From Candidatus Moraniibacteriota bacterium (lineage in GTDB: Bacteria; Patescibacteriota; Minisyncoccia; Moranbacterales; UBA1568), in contig JAUSGT010000001.1 of NCBI GenBank assembly GCA_030648835.1, positions 133,010 through 197,009 on the forward strand: a DNA stretch of 64,000 bases, read 5' to 3'. Shown here piece by piece: positions 36,950 to 45,230 of this stretch. The notes beneath the pieces are model-generated. The model saw only the letters and a list, made by a program, of their open reading frames with translations. It had not been told where the DNA came from and made no database searches. Numbering within the stretch: the stretch's first letter is position 1; every line of letters starts with the position of its first letter. The translations under genes and the position numbers were made by a program.

Positions 36950-36990
36950 TAAGTACCTTTTCCGTTTCGGAGAGGGTACTTTGTTTTTCT
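36950..36990 (+). terminator. terminator after module R2
   Basis: AAGTACC ...17 nt loop... GGTACTT followed by TGTTTTTCTTTC. Confidence 0.55.
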
Positions 36991-37042
36991 TTCACACAGG
37001 TTACTTTTCTGCTATACTAAGGGCATAAATACATTATTTTTT

Positions 37043-38203
37043 ATGGTACAAAAAATATTTGTTGTTGTAGTTGTGGCATTGCTGTTTTCTGGCTGTTCTC
37101 TGACCAGCGTGACTGCGCCGAAGATCGGTGGAACCTCTCCGGGAACGGGCGCTTTCGCGACACAGGCGGAACTGGGCAGCCTTTGGAAAACTGACAATAG
37201 TGGAGAGACATTCGTAGTGAAATCAAAAGTTAATGAGAAAACCAGTATAACGAAAGCGGACATTCTTTCTATCGCTTACCATCCGCAAAAGCCGATGATT
37301 ATTTATGTCGGTACGGTAGATAGTGGAATTTTCAAGACAGAAAACGGAGGTGATCAATGGACATCAATTCCTTTCCCTCCAAAAAAGATATATAGTTTTA
37401 TTCTGGATAAGAACGATCCTGATAATCGCATGTTTGCCTCCGGCGTGGTAAATGATTGGGGAAAGATATTCCGTACCGATGATGGTGGCAAGACGTGGAG
37501 TGACGTATATACGGAACCGGGGCAGAAGACACCTATCACAGCGCTCTCGCAACATTTTCGCGATAGAAACACCATTTTTGCGGGAACAGCCGCAGGAACA
37601 GTCGTGAAAAGTGTTGATAGCGGAAACACGTGGAAAAATATCGGTAATAAAATCGACGGCATCGTAGCGGATATCGCTTTTGATTCTACCAAGAATCTTT
37701 CAACATATTTGCTCGTGTTTGACCGAAAGCTCTACTATTCTGCGGACGGTGGAATGCAGTGGATAGATTGGGAGGAAGAAAAACAGAAGGAAACAGCCGT
37801 TCAAAACAATAACAGAGCTTCCCGGGTATCGAATTTGAGCGAACGCAACCAAAAAAATAAGATGCCGAAAGGCATCGTGGCTATCGCCAGTGATCCGAAT
37901 CAATCGGGTGTTATCTATGCTGGAACCGATGCAGGACTTTTTAGAAGTACGGACTTCGGAAAATATTGGAATGAAATAAATATTATTGAGAGCGCAAAAA
38001 AATTTCCTATCCGTTCGATAGCCATCAACCCAAAAGACTCACAGGAGATAGTATTTGTCGCGGGAAAAGCGTTCTATAAATCTATTGATGGTGGGGTTAC
38101 ATGGATGACGACAGGGCTGAATGTGGATCGCGGGGCGGCATTTGTTGCCTATGATCCGTTTGATTCGAAACAGCTGTTTATCGGACTGCGGAATTTCAAG
38201 TAA
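37043..38203 (+). CDS. BNR/Asp-box repeat beta-propeller lipoprotein (Ycf48/sialidase-like fold)
   Basis: Signal peptide with a lipobox (LLFSGCSL). Repeated SxDxGxTW-type Asp-boxes (GGDQW, DGGKTW, SGNTW, DGGMQW, DGGVTW). Confidence 0.65.
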   Translation: MVQKIFVVVVVALLFSGCSLTSVTAPKIGGTSPGTGAFATQAELGSLWKTDNSGETFVVKSKVNEKTSITKADILSIAYHPQKPMIIYVGTVDSGIFKTENGGDQWTSIPFPPKKIYSFILDKNDPDNRMFASGVVNDWGKIFRTDDGGKTWSDVYTEPGQKTPITALSQHFRDRNTIFAGTAAGTVVKSVDSGNTWKNIGNKIDGIVADIAFDSTKNLSTYLLVFDRKLYYSADGGMQWIDWEEEKQKETAVQNNNRASRVSNLSERNQKNKMPKGIVAIASDPNQSGVIYAGTDAGLFRSTDFGKYWNEINIIESAKKFPIRSIAINPKDSQEIVFVAGKAFYKSIDGGVTWMTTGLNVDRGAAFVAYDPFDSKQLFIGLRNFK

Positions 38204-38258
38204 ATTTGGAAGCAAGACTTCCAAATAATTTTATTCGTGCTATTTATTCACCAAACAT

Positions 38259-38816
38259 ATGGTCAAAGAACTCATCGCTCAAAAAATTGCCAGTTTCGAA
38301 AATGCTGTGGAACATTTCAAAAATGAAACGGCCAAAATCCGTACCGGCAGAGCCAACCCGGGGCTTGTTGAGGGACTGCTTGTGGATTACTACGGTGTCA
38401 AGACTCCGCTCAAACAGATCGCCAGCATTGCCATACCCGAAGCCCGTCAAATTCTCATTTCGCCTTGGGATAAGGGGAGTCTTGTCCAGATTGAAGCGGC
38501 CATTCGTGAGTCTGATTTGGGTCTCAACCCCAGCAATGATGGTCAGGCGATTCGTATCACACTTCCCGCTCTTACCGAAGAACGTCGACATGATCTGGTG
38601 AGAGCGCTCAACAGCCGAGCCGAAGAAAGCCGCATCGCTGTACGCAATGTTCGGGAAGAGATTTGGAAAGATATTCAGGATTTGGAACGCTCAGGGGATA
38701 TTTCCGAAGACGACAAGTTTCACGGTAAAGATGAATTACAAAAGGTCGTGGATGAATACAATCACAAACTTGAAGAAGTGCGTAAAAAGAAAGAAGAAGA
38801 AATTCTGACCGTTTAA
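38259..38816 (+). CDS. frr: ribosome recycling factor
   Basis: 185 aa, full-length match to the RRF fold sequence (KIRTGRANPGLVEGLLVDYYG...LNPSNDGQAIRITLP). Confidence 0.9.
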   Translation: MVKELIAQKIASFENAVEHFKNETAKIRTGRANPGLVEGLLVDYYGVKTPLKQIASIAIPEARQILISPWDKGSLVQIEAAIRESDLGLNPSNDGQAIRITLPALTEERRHDLVRALNSRAEESRIAVRNVREEIWKDIQDLERSGDISEDDKFHGKDELQKVVDEYNHKLEEVRKKKEEEILTV

Positions 38817-38848
38817 GAAAACGGAATACCTAATACCTAATACTAGCT

Positions 38849-40177
38849 ATGCTCACCGTTCTCATTTTTCTCATTCTTCTTGGGCTTCTGGTGTTTGTCC
38901 ACGAACTTGGTCATTTTTTGACTGCCCGTTTTCATGGTATCAAAGCGGACGAGTTTGGTTTCGGTTTTCCGCCACGGATGGTGGGAATCCAATTTATGCG
39001 GGGCGAAGACAAGAAAAAAATTTCGGAAGTTGAAAGTATTCGGGTGGAGACTGTGGATATAAAGGTGGGAGAAGATGAGATTATTCGGGAAACGATCACC
39101 GAAAAAATGCATACCGTTGAAAAAACGGTGCCAGTCAAGAAATGGAGAATCATTTGGGGAGGGAGAGATGGTGATGATGAGAACGAAAAACAAGATTTGC
39201 ACGAGGCACATACGAAAGGATTTTCAGGTGGAACGATTTATTCTTTGAACTGGCTCCCGCTGGGCGGTTTTGTGAAAATCAAGGGTGAAGACGGACACAA
39301 TCATGATCCGGATAGCTTCGCGGGAAAATCGGCTTGGATTCGTGTCAAAGTTCTGGCAGCCGGTGTGTTTATGAATTTCGTCTTTGCCTGGCTTCTTATT
39401 TCCGTCGTATTCACGTTGGGGCTTCCTCAACCGATTGATCCGGGGCAGCGCGCGCAGTATCCGGATGCCAAGATCCAAATTCTGGAAGTGAAGAAAGGGA
39501 CACCGGCCGCGGCGATGGGACTCATGCTCGGCGATGAAATTCTTACCATCGCGGGGGACAAGATTACAACGCTCGCGCAAGTGAGTGATACGATTGTCGG
39601 GAGCAGGGGAAAAAATCTGGAAATAAAAATAAATCGTTTGGGGAAAGAGATGATTTTGACGGGGGTGCCACGGATTGAATATCCGGCGAGCGAAGGATCC
39701 CTAGGAATCTCTTTTTCGGAAACGGCAATCATAGCCTACCCTTGGTATCAGTCTCTCTATCAAGGACTCATAGCGACATACAATATTACGGGAGCCATCC
39801 TTCAGGCTTTCGGAAAAATGATTGGTGGATTGTTTGGGATGCAAACCGGTCAAGTAGTCGATGTGACTGGGCCTGTTGGCATTGTCTATCTTACCAAGCA
39901 GATGAGCGATCTTGGTCTGGTGTATCTTCTCCAGTTTGCGGCGCTCCTTTCCATCAATCTTGGTATCATCAATATTCTTCCTATCCCGGCGCTTGATGGT
40001 GGACGGATCCTTTTCATTCTTATCGAAAAACTGAAAGGTTCTCCCGTTAGTCAGCGGACAGAAGGGATGATTCACCAAGTCGGTTTCATACTGCTTCTTC
40101 TTCTTATGCTTCTCATCACAATTCGTGATTTCTCCCACTTCCAGATTCTCCAGAAAATCGGTAGCTTCTTCTCATAG
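38849..40177 (+). CDS. rseP: RIP metalloprotease RseP (site-2 protease, M50 family) with a PDZ domain
   Basis: HELGH zinc motif in TM1, a PDZ domain in the middle, and an LDGG motif in the C-terminal TM region. Confidence 0.85.
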   Translation: MLTVLIFLILLGLLVFVHELGHFLTARFHGIKADEFGFGFPPRMVGIQFMRGEDKKKISEVESIRVETVDIKVGEDEIIRETITEKMHTVEKTVPVKKWRIIWGGRDGDDENEKQDLHEAHTKGFSGGTIYSLNWLPLGGFVKIKGEDGHNHDPDSFAGKSAWIRVKVLAAGVFMNFVFAWLLISVVFTLGLPQPIDPGQRAQYPDAKIQILEVKKGTPAAAMGLMLGDEILTIAGDKITTLAQVSDTIVGSRGKNLEIKINRLGKEMILTGVPRIEYPASEGSLGISFSETAIIAYPWYQSLYQGLIATYNITGAILQAFGKMIGGLFGMQTGQVVDVTGPVGIVYLTKQMSDLGLVYLLQFAALLSINLGIINILPIPALDGGRILFILIEKLKGSPVSQRTEGMIHQVGFILLLLLMLLITIRDFSHFQILQKIGSFFS

Positions 40178-40201
40178 TGGCAGGGACAAGCCGTTGTATC
40201 G

Positions 40202-40234
40202 ATGCCCTTTCGTTTCAGAGAGGGCATTTTCTTA
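40202..40234 (+). terminator. terminator after rseP
   Basis: ATGCCCT ttcgtttcagag AGGGCAT then TTTCTT. Confidence 0.6.
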
Positions 40235-40329
40235 TACCCCTTGACATTTTTACGATTTTTTGGTACAGTGATATGTTTCAAGTTTTTAGTGGGTCAAAAG
40301 GTCTCTTATAAACGCGTATCAGAAAATAT

Positions 40330-40965
40330 ATGAATTTTGCCAGAAAAAAAGGGTTTTTACGGATCGCGAAGGAGAGCATCCCTCAAGGTCTCGCTTTGGG
40401 CATCTTGCTTGTCATTTTTGGCATTGCGGCGGCGTTTGTTTTTCAAGAGCGTTTCAAAGCCAGTGCCGACTTTATGATTTCATCCACTCAGGAAGGTCAG
40501 GATTATTACACAGCGACTCGTTCGGCTGAATATATGAGCCGGGTGCTCGGTGAAATTCTTTACAGTGAAAGTTTCATTACTGCTATCGTCGATACGGGGC
40601 GGGTAGATATCAATTTTTTACCGCGTGACAAGAAAACTCGTTTGGATGATTGGTCAAAGATGCTTCAGGTGAAAACGAATTCAGAGCTGGGATTTATCCA
40701 GGTATCTATTTCGGGCGGGAGCGAACGGGAAGTGTCAAAAATATCACAAGCGGTAATTGCGGTACTCGGTGAAAAGGGGAGCGCGCTTTTCGGGAGCGGC
40801 GGAGAGAAAGTGAGCGTGCGTTTGCTTTCCGGCCCCATCATTGAAAAAAATCCTTCTCCTTCCGAACTGAGCATTATCGTTATCGTCGGATTGATACTCG
40901 GATTCTTCTTGAATTTTACGTGGCATTTGGTGCGTGAGGAATTCCGTTTGGGTTCGCTCGTCTAA
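40330..40965 (+). CDS. Wzz/polysaccharide co-polymerase-like membrane protein, second paralogue
   Basis: 211 aa. N- and C-terminal TM helices around a soluble domain. Architecture parallels 9553..10179. Confidence 0.45.
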   Translation: MNFARKKGFLRIAKESIPQGLALGILLVIFGIAAAFVFQERFKASADFMISSTQEGQDYYTATRSAEYMSRVLGEILYSESFITAIVDTGRVDINFLPRDKKTRLDDWSKMLQVKTNSELGFIQVSISGGSEREVSKISQAVIAVLGEKGSALFGSGGEKVSVRLLSGPIIEKNPSPSELSIIVIVGLILGFFLNFTWHLVREEFRLGSLV

Positions 40966-41184
40966 GCGAATGGGGTATGTCGTTCCGCTCTTAAATAGTA
41001 TGGAGGGCGGTCGAGATGTCCGATTTGAATCATAAAAATTCAGATCATTAACAATTAGGCATCGTTTTTCGGGGGCTGTGTTTTCCACAGTCAGTTTTCA
41101 ATCGGAGAGAAGGAGGTAACCGTGAAGCAGCTCAATCCGGGTCGCCCCGCGGTGACCCATCTCAAACCAAGCCAGAAGGAGAGG

Positions 41185-42870
41185 ACTATGAAAAGCACGT
41201 GGATGGCCGCTTTGTTGGCGGTATTCGCTGCGCTCGCCTTCCTCGGGACGGCAGCGCAGGCAGCAGATTTATCGTGTGCGGTGACCCATACGGTCAAAAA
41301 AGGCGAAACGCTCTCGGGTGTTTTGGTAAGCCTTGGGATTCGTCCCTCGCAGAACAATGTCTCGAATGTGGTCGTGGCCAGTAGTCTCAAGGATCCGAAC
41401 ATGATCCTGATCGGCCAGAAGCTTTGCATTCCGCAAGGGATCAAGGTTTCGGTGAACAAACCGGTGAAAGTGAAACTGGTGGTTGATGCCCCTCAATGTA
41501 TCAATCTGGGGCGGGCTCCGTTCAATTGGAGCAACTCTCTCGAGCTTCGGCTCAAAGGGATCGATCTCAACCCTGACCTGACGTCGGCCGAAAAAATCGA
41601 AGCGAAAGCCAAGATTACGGCTGGTCCAGGAAAGAAACAGCTCATCACTTCCGACATGGTTTTCAAGTCCATGCCGTTCCAAGGGAAAGATGGCAAGGTT
41701 CACTTCCTCAATAACGTCAAAGTTTGCACGCCGGAACAAGGTGGGCGGACGGAAGCGATTGAGACGTGGATACTGTCTACGGGAACTATCGTCGGTGATC
41801 CGCTGCGTTGCGGAAATATCAGCGTTGTGTTGATTCCGAAACGGCCTGTTCCTGTTCCGGAACTGCCACCGGTAGAACCCGTCAAACCTGAGCCGCCTGT
41901 GTTTGTGGAACCACCTAAGGTAATAGAACCGCCTAAAGTGGAACCACCGCCGGTAGACGAAATTCCGCCGTTTCATGTGACACCGGAAGAAGTCGCCGGC
42001 AAACCGCGCTGTGAAGCACAGGCGGGTGTAGGCGCCTACGGCAATCGTGTCTATCACGGCAAATGGGCCTATGGCGAAACCATCTGTTACATTTGGAAAG
42101 ATGGTGAGTGGCAAGCCGGTCCTGGCATCTTCGCGATGTACGGTGATGGTCATTCCATGGGTTCCGCGTTTCGCAACAAGGAATACGGGATAGGTTTCCA
42201 AGTCGGAGCTCAACGCAATTGGATCAATGACAAGAACCGTTTGTCGTCATTCGATCTGAAGTTGCGGTTCCTCCCGTGGGATAAAAGCTGGGGTAGCAAC
42301 AATGACTCCGGCTATGCTTTCACTCAACGAGGCAAGAAGATTGGCCTCTACACTAGTTACGCCGAAAGGACGACTGGTGAGAGTGACGGACCATTGGTTG
42401 GTGTTATCGGCGAGTACTGGAAATCGTTCGGCCAAAAAGTGGATTCAACTTGGTCGGCGCAACCGGTGCAGGATCGTGGTTCAATCGCGGCCTATGCCTT
42501 CTACGACACGAAACTGTCGGATGATGGCAAATGGCGCATCCGCTATCTTGGCGGTATCGCACATACCAACTGGGATAGCCAAAACTGGCTCCGGTTGTCG
42601 CCTGAATTCCGCTATAACGAGTGGTTGATGTTTGGTCCACAGCTCACGCTACCGATCGGCATCAGTCAGGCGAATCTGCCGATGACTGCGCACGACTTGA
42701 CTACTCTCGGTGCGTTCGTACGCGTCGAGCTGGGTAAGCCGGTTCGCGAAGCCGATGCCAAACAACGCGAAGGACAGCTCGAATTTATTCCGGTCGGGGA
42801 AGTTGCAAAACAACCCCAAGGCCAACTCGAGTTTGTTCCCGCAACAGAAGCAGCCAAGCCTCCTGAATAA
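41185..42870 (+). CDS. secreted LysM-domain protein with a proline-rich (PxxP/EPPK) linker and a Trp/Gly-rich C-terminal domain
   Basis: Signal peptide MKSTWMAALLAVFAALAFLGTAAQA. LysM (HTVKKGETLSGVLVSLGI...IGQKLCIP). Linker PVPVPELPPVEPVKPEPPVFVEPPKVIEPPKVEPPP. SD (AAGGAGAG) before the ATG at 41185. High-GC gene. Confidence 0.6.
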   Translation, partial: TMKSTWMAALLAVFAALAFLGTAAQAADLSCAVTHTVKKGETLSGVLVSLGIRPSQNNVSNVVVASSLKDPNMILIGQKLCIPQGIKVSVNKPVKVKLVVDAPQCINLGRAPFNWSNSLELRLKGIDLNPDLTSAEKIEAKAKITAGPGKKQLITSDMVFKSMPFQGKDGKVHFLNNVKVCTPEQGGRTEAIETWILSTGTIVGDPLRCGNISVVLIPKRPVPVPELPPVEPVKPEPPVFVEPPKVIEPPKVEPPPVDEIPPFHVTPEEVAGKPRCEAQAGVGAYGNRVYHGKWAYGETICYIWKDGEWQAGPGIFAMYGDGHSMGSAFRNKEYGIGFQVGAQRNWINDKNRLSSFDLKLRFLPWDKSWGSNNDSGYAFTQRGKKIGLYTSYAERTTGESDGPLVGVIGEYWKSFGQKVDSTWSAQPVQDRGSIAAYAFYDTKLSDDGKWRIRYLGGIAHTNWDSQNWLRLSPEFRYNEWLMFGPQLTLPIGISQANLPMTAHDLTTLGAFVRVELGKPVREADAKQREGQLEFIPVGEVAKQPQGQLEFVPATEAAKPPE

Positions 42871-43270
42871 GGCGGCTTGGCAAGGACTGACATATCATCC
42901 AAGGTGTATAAAAAGGCTATCGCATCGACGATAGCGGCCTGGTGTATGGAAGGACCTGCTTCGAAATCTATCGAAGGGACGTTAGTGCTTACGCGCTACC
43001 GTCCCTTTATTCTTTTTATGAGGTTTTTAGGAATTTATTTCGATAATGAGTCAATCCAATTTTCAATACCTTTGTATACTATCGCATTTACGTACAGAAA
43101 ATATTTTCTATTTTTGGCTTGATTAAGGGATTAATATGGGTATTGACAGAAACTGACTTATGATGTAGGATACGGAGTCCAGAAATTCCGGACTGTTGTG
43201 CCGAAATAAAGCATTAGGCACGGCAAAATCTTTTTAACGCAGCGCGCAATTACCCTCAAAGGAGGACCCC

Positions 43271-43750
43271 ATGCGCAATTCGCCCCTGAAGTTCGTTTCA
43301 ATTGCGGTCGCACTCGCCTTTTCCGGTTATGCCTACGCCACACCTGAAGCGCTGCCCGCGGGCGCCAAGGTCTCGTGTACCGCCAATGCGGACGGCACCG
43401 GCACGCTGGCAATCAGCGGTGTCGATGTCAAACGCGTGGAGCTGTATGTCCATGCACCGACCTCGAAGAAGAGCATCCTTGATTCGGCAGCCAGTTACAA
43501 GGTGCCGGCCAACGCCACGTTCAACTTTGTCTTCAAGAACGCGGCGGGTGAGGATCGCTACGTCCAGGTCGGCGGTGACAATCCAGCACGTGTTGCCCGG
43601 GTATTCGCGGCAAGCGGCACTGCGGCCAGCGCCAGCACATTCGACGGTGTAATGGCTGTGCCTGACGCGCGTAATGGCGGTATCGGCAACGGCGGAGCGT
43701 CGCTCGGTTGCAGCCACATGTTGCGTCGTACCACGGCCTCAGCCAAGTAG
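43271..43750 (+). CDS. secreted hypothetical protein (high-GC gene)
   Basis: Signal peptide MRNSPLKFVSIAVALAFSGYAYA. SD (AAAGGAGGA). About 60% GC, against about 50% for the window. Confidence 0.5.
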   Translation: MRNSPLKFVSIAVALAFSGYAYATPEALPAGAKVSCTANADGTGTLAISGVDVKRVELYVHAPTSKKSILDSAASYKVPANATFNFVFKNAAGEDRYVQVGGDNPARVARVFAASGTAASASTFDGVMAVPDARNGGIGNGGASLGCSHMLRRTTASAK

Positions 43751-43843
43751 CCCCGGCGCCGGCGACACCAGCGACCAGTACCTTTTTTCAATCACGGCGG
43801 AACCTCGCCACACCCAAGGCCCATGATCTATGATTATGGGCTC

Positions 43844-43872
43844 TTGACTTTTCTGGGAAAATGGAGTATAAT
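43844..43872 (+). promoter_or_regulatory. consensus sigma70 promoter TTGACT-N17-TATAAT, followed by a roughly 190 nt structured leader
   Basis: Perfect -10 and near-perfect -35, read directly. The leader has long imperfect complementary arms (CTGAGTCTTGCGAAGAG ... ATTCTTCGCTTTGCTCAG). Confidence 0.6.
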
Positions 43873-44071
43873 AGCGGGTTGGTATAGTGTCACTCTGAGT
43901 CTTGCGAAGAGCCCCGAAGAAAGAGGTAGTAAACGAGATTCTTCGCTTTGCTCAGAATGACGGAAAAAATTTGTGGTATGGCGGGCGGAATGTTGGTGAT
44001 CCAGTATTCTGCCCGCGATACCGAAAAAGGGTGTCGAGGAGTCAGTACCTACACAATCTTCAGGAGGCGCT

Positions 44072-44974
44072 ATGCGCACATTACTAATGTTAATCGTTGT
44101 TGCTTTACTTTCGGCATGCGCGACGCTTGGTGGCAACACCATGAATCTCGCGGCCGAAGATGGGAAAAAACAAGCGGTGTCAATCGACCCGATTGCTTTT
44201 ACCGGGGTGCAAATGACCCCGGCGATTCAGAGCGGGAAGTACAAAGCATATCTCGCAAGCTTCCCGGAAGAATTCTTTTCCGAGTTTCATCCGTTGCGCT
44301 TTCGCTACAACGCGATCGCGTACGGAAAGGATTCCGGCAAGGAATATCCGGCGCAGGCCATCTATGCCGGGTACGCCCAGTGCGCGTTGCGACTGGTTCT
44401 CATCGTCGAGGGCGACGTGAATGAACCAATTGTTGGCGCGTTCGTAACGACCCGTTTCACGCGGGTGTTCAATCTTCACGGCGAAGAAATCAGCGTGAAG
44501 ACTCCGGAGAAACTGATTTCCGACGCGAAGTATCGCAAGGAGGTTGTTCTTTCCGGTGGGACACTGACGAGCAAGCTGAAAGGTATACCTGTTTTGGGTA
44601 AGAGCGGGATGCAGGAAACATTCGCCTCGTGGAATACGGTGCGAGTGCCAGCCCTCGCGTATGAGATTCGTACGCCGCTTTCCGAAAGACTCGTGAAAAC
44701 GGTGGCGCGCGAGAATCCCGAGCTGAACTTTTCCGAGAAGCTGGTCGGTAACGGCCGTTTCGGAATCAGTCTCAGCTGGTTCGGAATAGCTGCGGGAGCT
44801 GTAGCTGACGTTTTTACGGCAGCCAATGCTCCGAGCAAGGGCTGGGACGAACAGAGTGAGCTCAAGCGTGGCCAGCAGGGCATGATTGCGCGCGTCATAA
44901 AAGCTCAGTACGATGGCGCGATCCGTGCAGGAATGACCTGTACCGCCTCGGACATCAGGCGAGCGGGGTACTGA
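44072..44974 (+). CDS. lipoprotein (lipobox LLSAC), hypothetical, high GC
   Basis: MRTLLMLIVVALLSACATLGG. 300 aa. SD (AGGAGG). Confidence 0.5.
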   Translation: MRTLLMLIVVALLSACATLGGNTMNLAAEDGKKQAVSIDPIAFTGVQMTPAIQSGKYKAYLASFPEEFFSEFHPLRFRYNAIAYGKDSGKEYPAQAIYAGYAQCALRLVLIVEGDVNEPIVGAFVTTRFTRVFNLHGEEISVKTPEKLISDAKYRKEVVLSGGTLTSKLKGIPVLGKSGMQETFASWNTVRVPALAYEIRTPLSERLVKTVARENPELNFSEKLVGNGRFGISLSWFGIAAGAVADVFTAANAPSKGWDEQSELKRGQQGMIARVIKAQYDGAIRAGMTCTASDIRRAGY

Positions 44975-44987
44975 AGCAGGCGGCAAG

Positions 44988-45031
44988 GCGCGGATTTTCT
45001 GGAACGTTCAGGGAATCCGCGCAGTTTTTTT
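44988..45031 (+). terminator. rho-independent terminator
   Basis: GCGCGGATT ...loop... AATCCGCGC followed by AGTTTTTTT. Confidence 0.7.
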
Positions 45032-45053
45032 AAATACAACAGACAATTTTTTT

Positions 45054-45083
45054 TTGAACGCTTACGAACGGGTGAGGTATAAT
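45054..45083 (+). promoter_or_regulatory. sigma70-like promoter TTGAAC-N18-TATAAT, lying just upstream of MITE copy 6
   Basis: Read directly. The predicted transcription start falls about 3-5 nt before the element's left TATG. Confidence 0.55.
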
Positions 45084-45092
45084 GAACATACG

Positions 45093-45230
45093 TATGCCCG
45101 GTAGTAGAACTTCGACCGAGCATTGAAAGAAATTATGATGAAGCATAAGAGGGTTGTAAAATAAAAGTATATTTGGTTTTGATTACTGTAGTTTTTGTAT
45201 TAAATTGTCGAAGTTTCACTACCGGGTATG
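45093..45230. mobile_element. MITE-like element copy 6: TIRs 45097..45116 / 45207..45226, flanked by TATG at 45093..45096 and 45227..45230
   Basis: Same TIRs, in the orientation of copy 5. Lies between a promoter and the ATG at 45228 of the O-antigen-ligase-like gene, i.e. inside the predicted 5' UTR. Confidence 0.7.

Noticed and set aside
36489-36995. Plus- and minus-strand ORFs overlapping tRNA-Lys and the R1/R2 modules (36489..36761, 36529..36747, 36751..36948, 36801..36995)
   Set aside because: They run straight through a canonical tRNA and two structured repeats. Their low-complexity translations (SSLSSESMTDSEP...) are artefacts of the repeat.
41269-42213. 314 aa minus-strand ORF
   Set aside because: Antisense to the LysM protein gene within a high-GC region, where long spurious antisense ORFs are expected.
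44180-44986. 268 aa minus-strand ORF
   Set aside because: Antisense to the lipoprotein gene in the high-GC island; the sense gene has a signal peptide, a lipobox and an SD.
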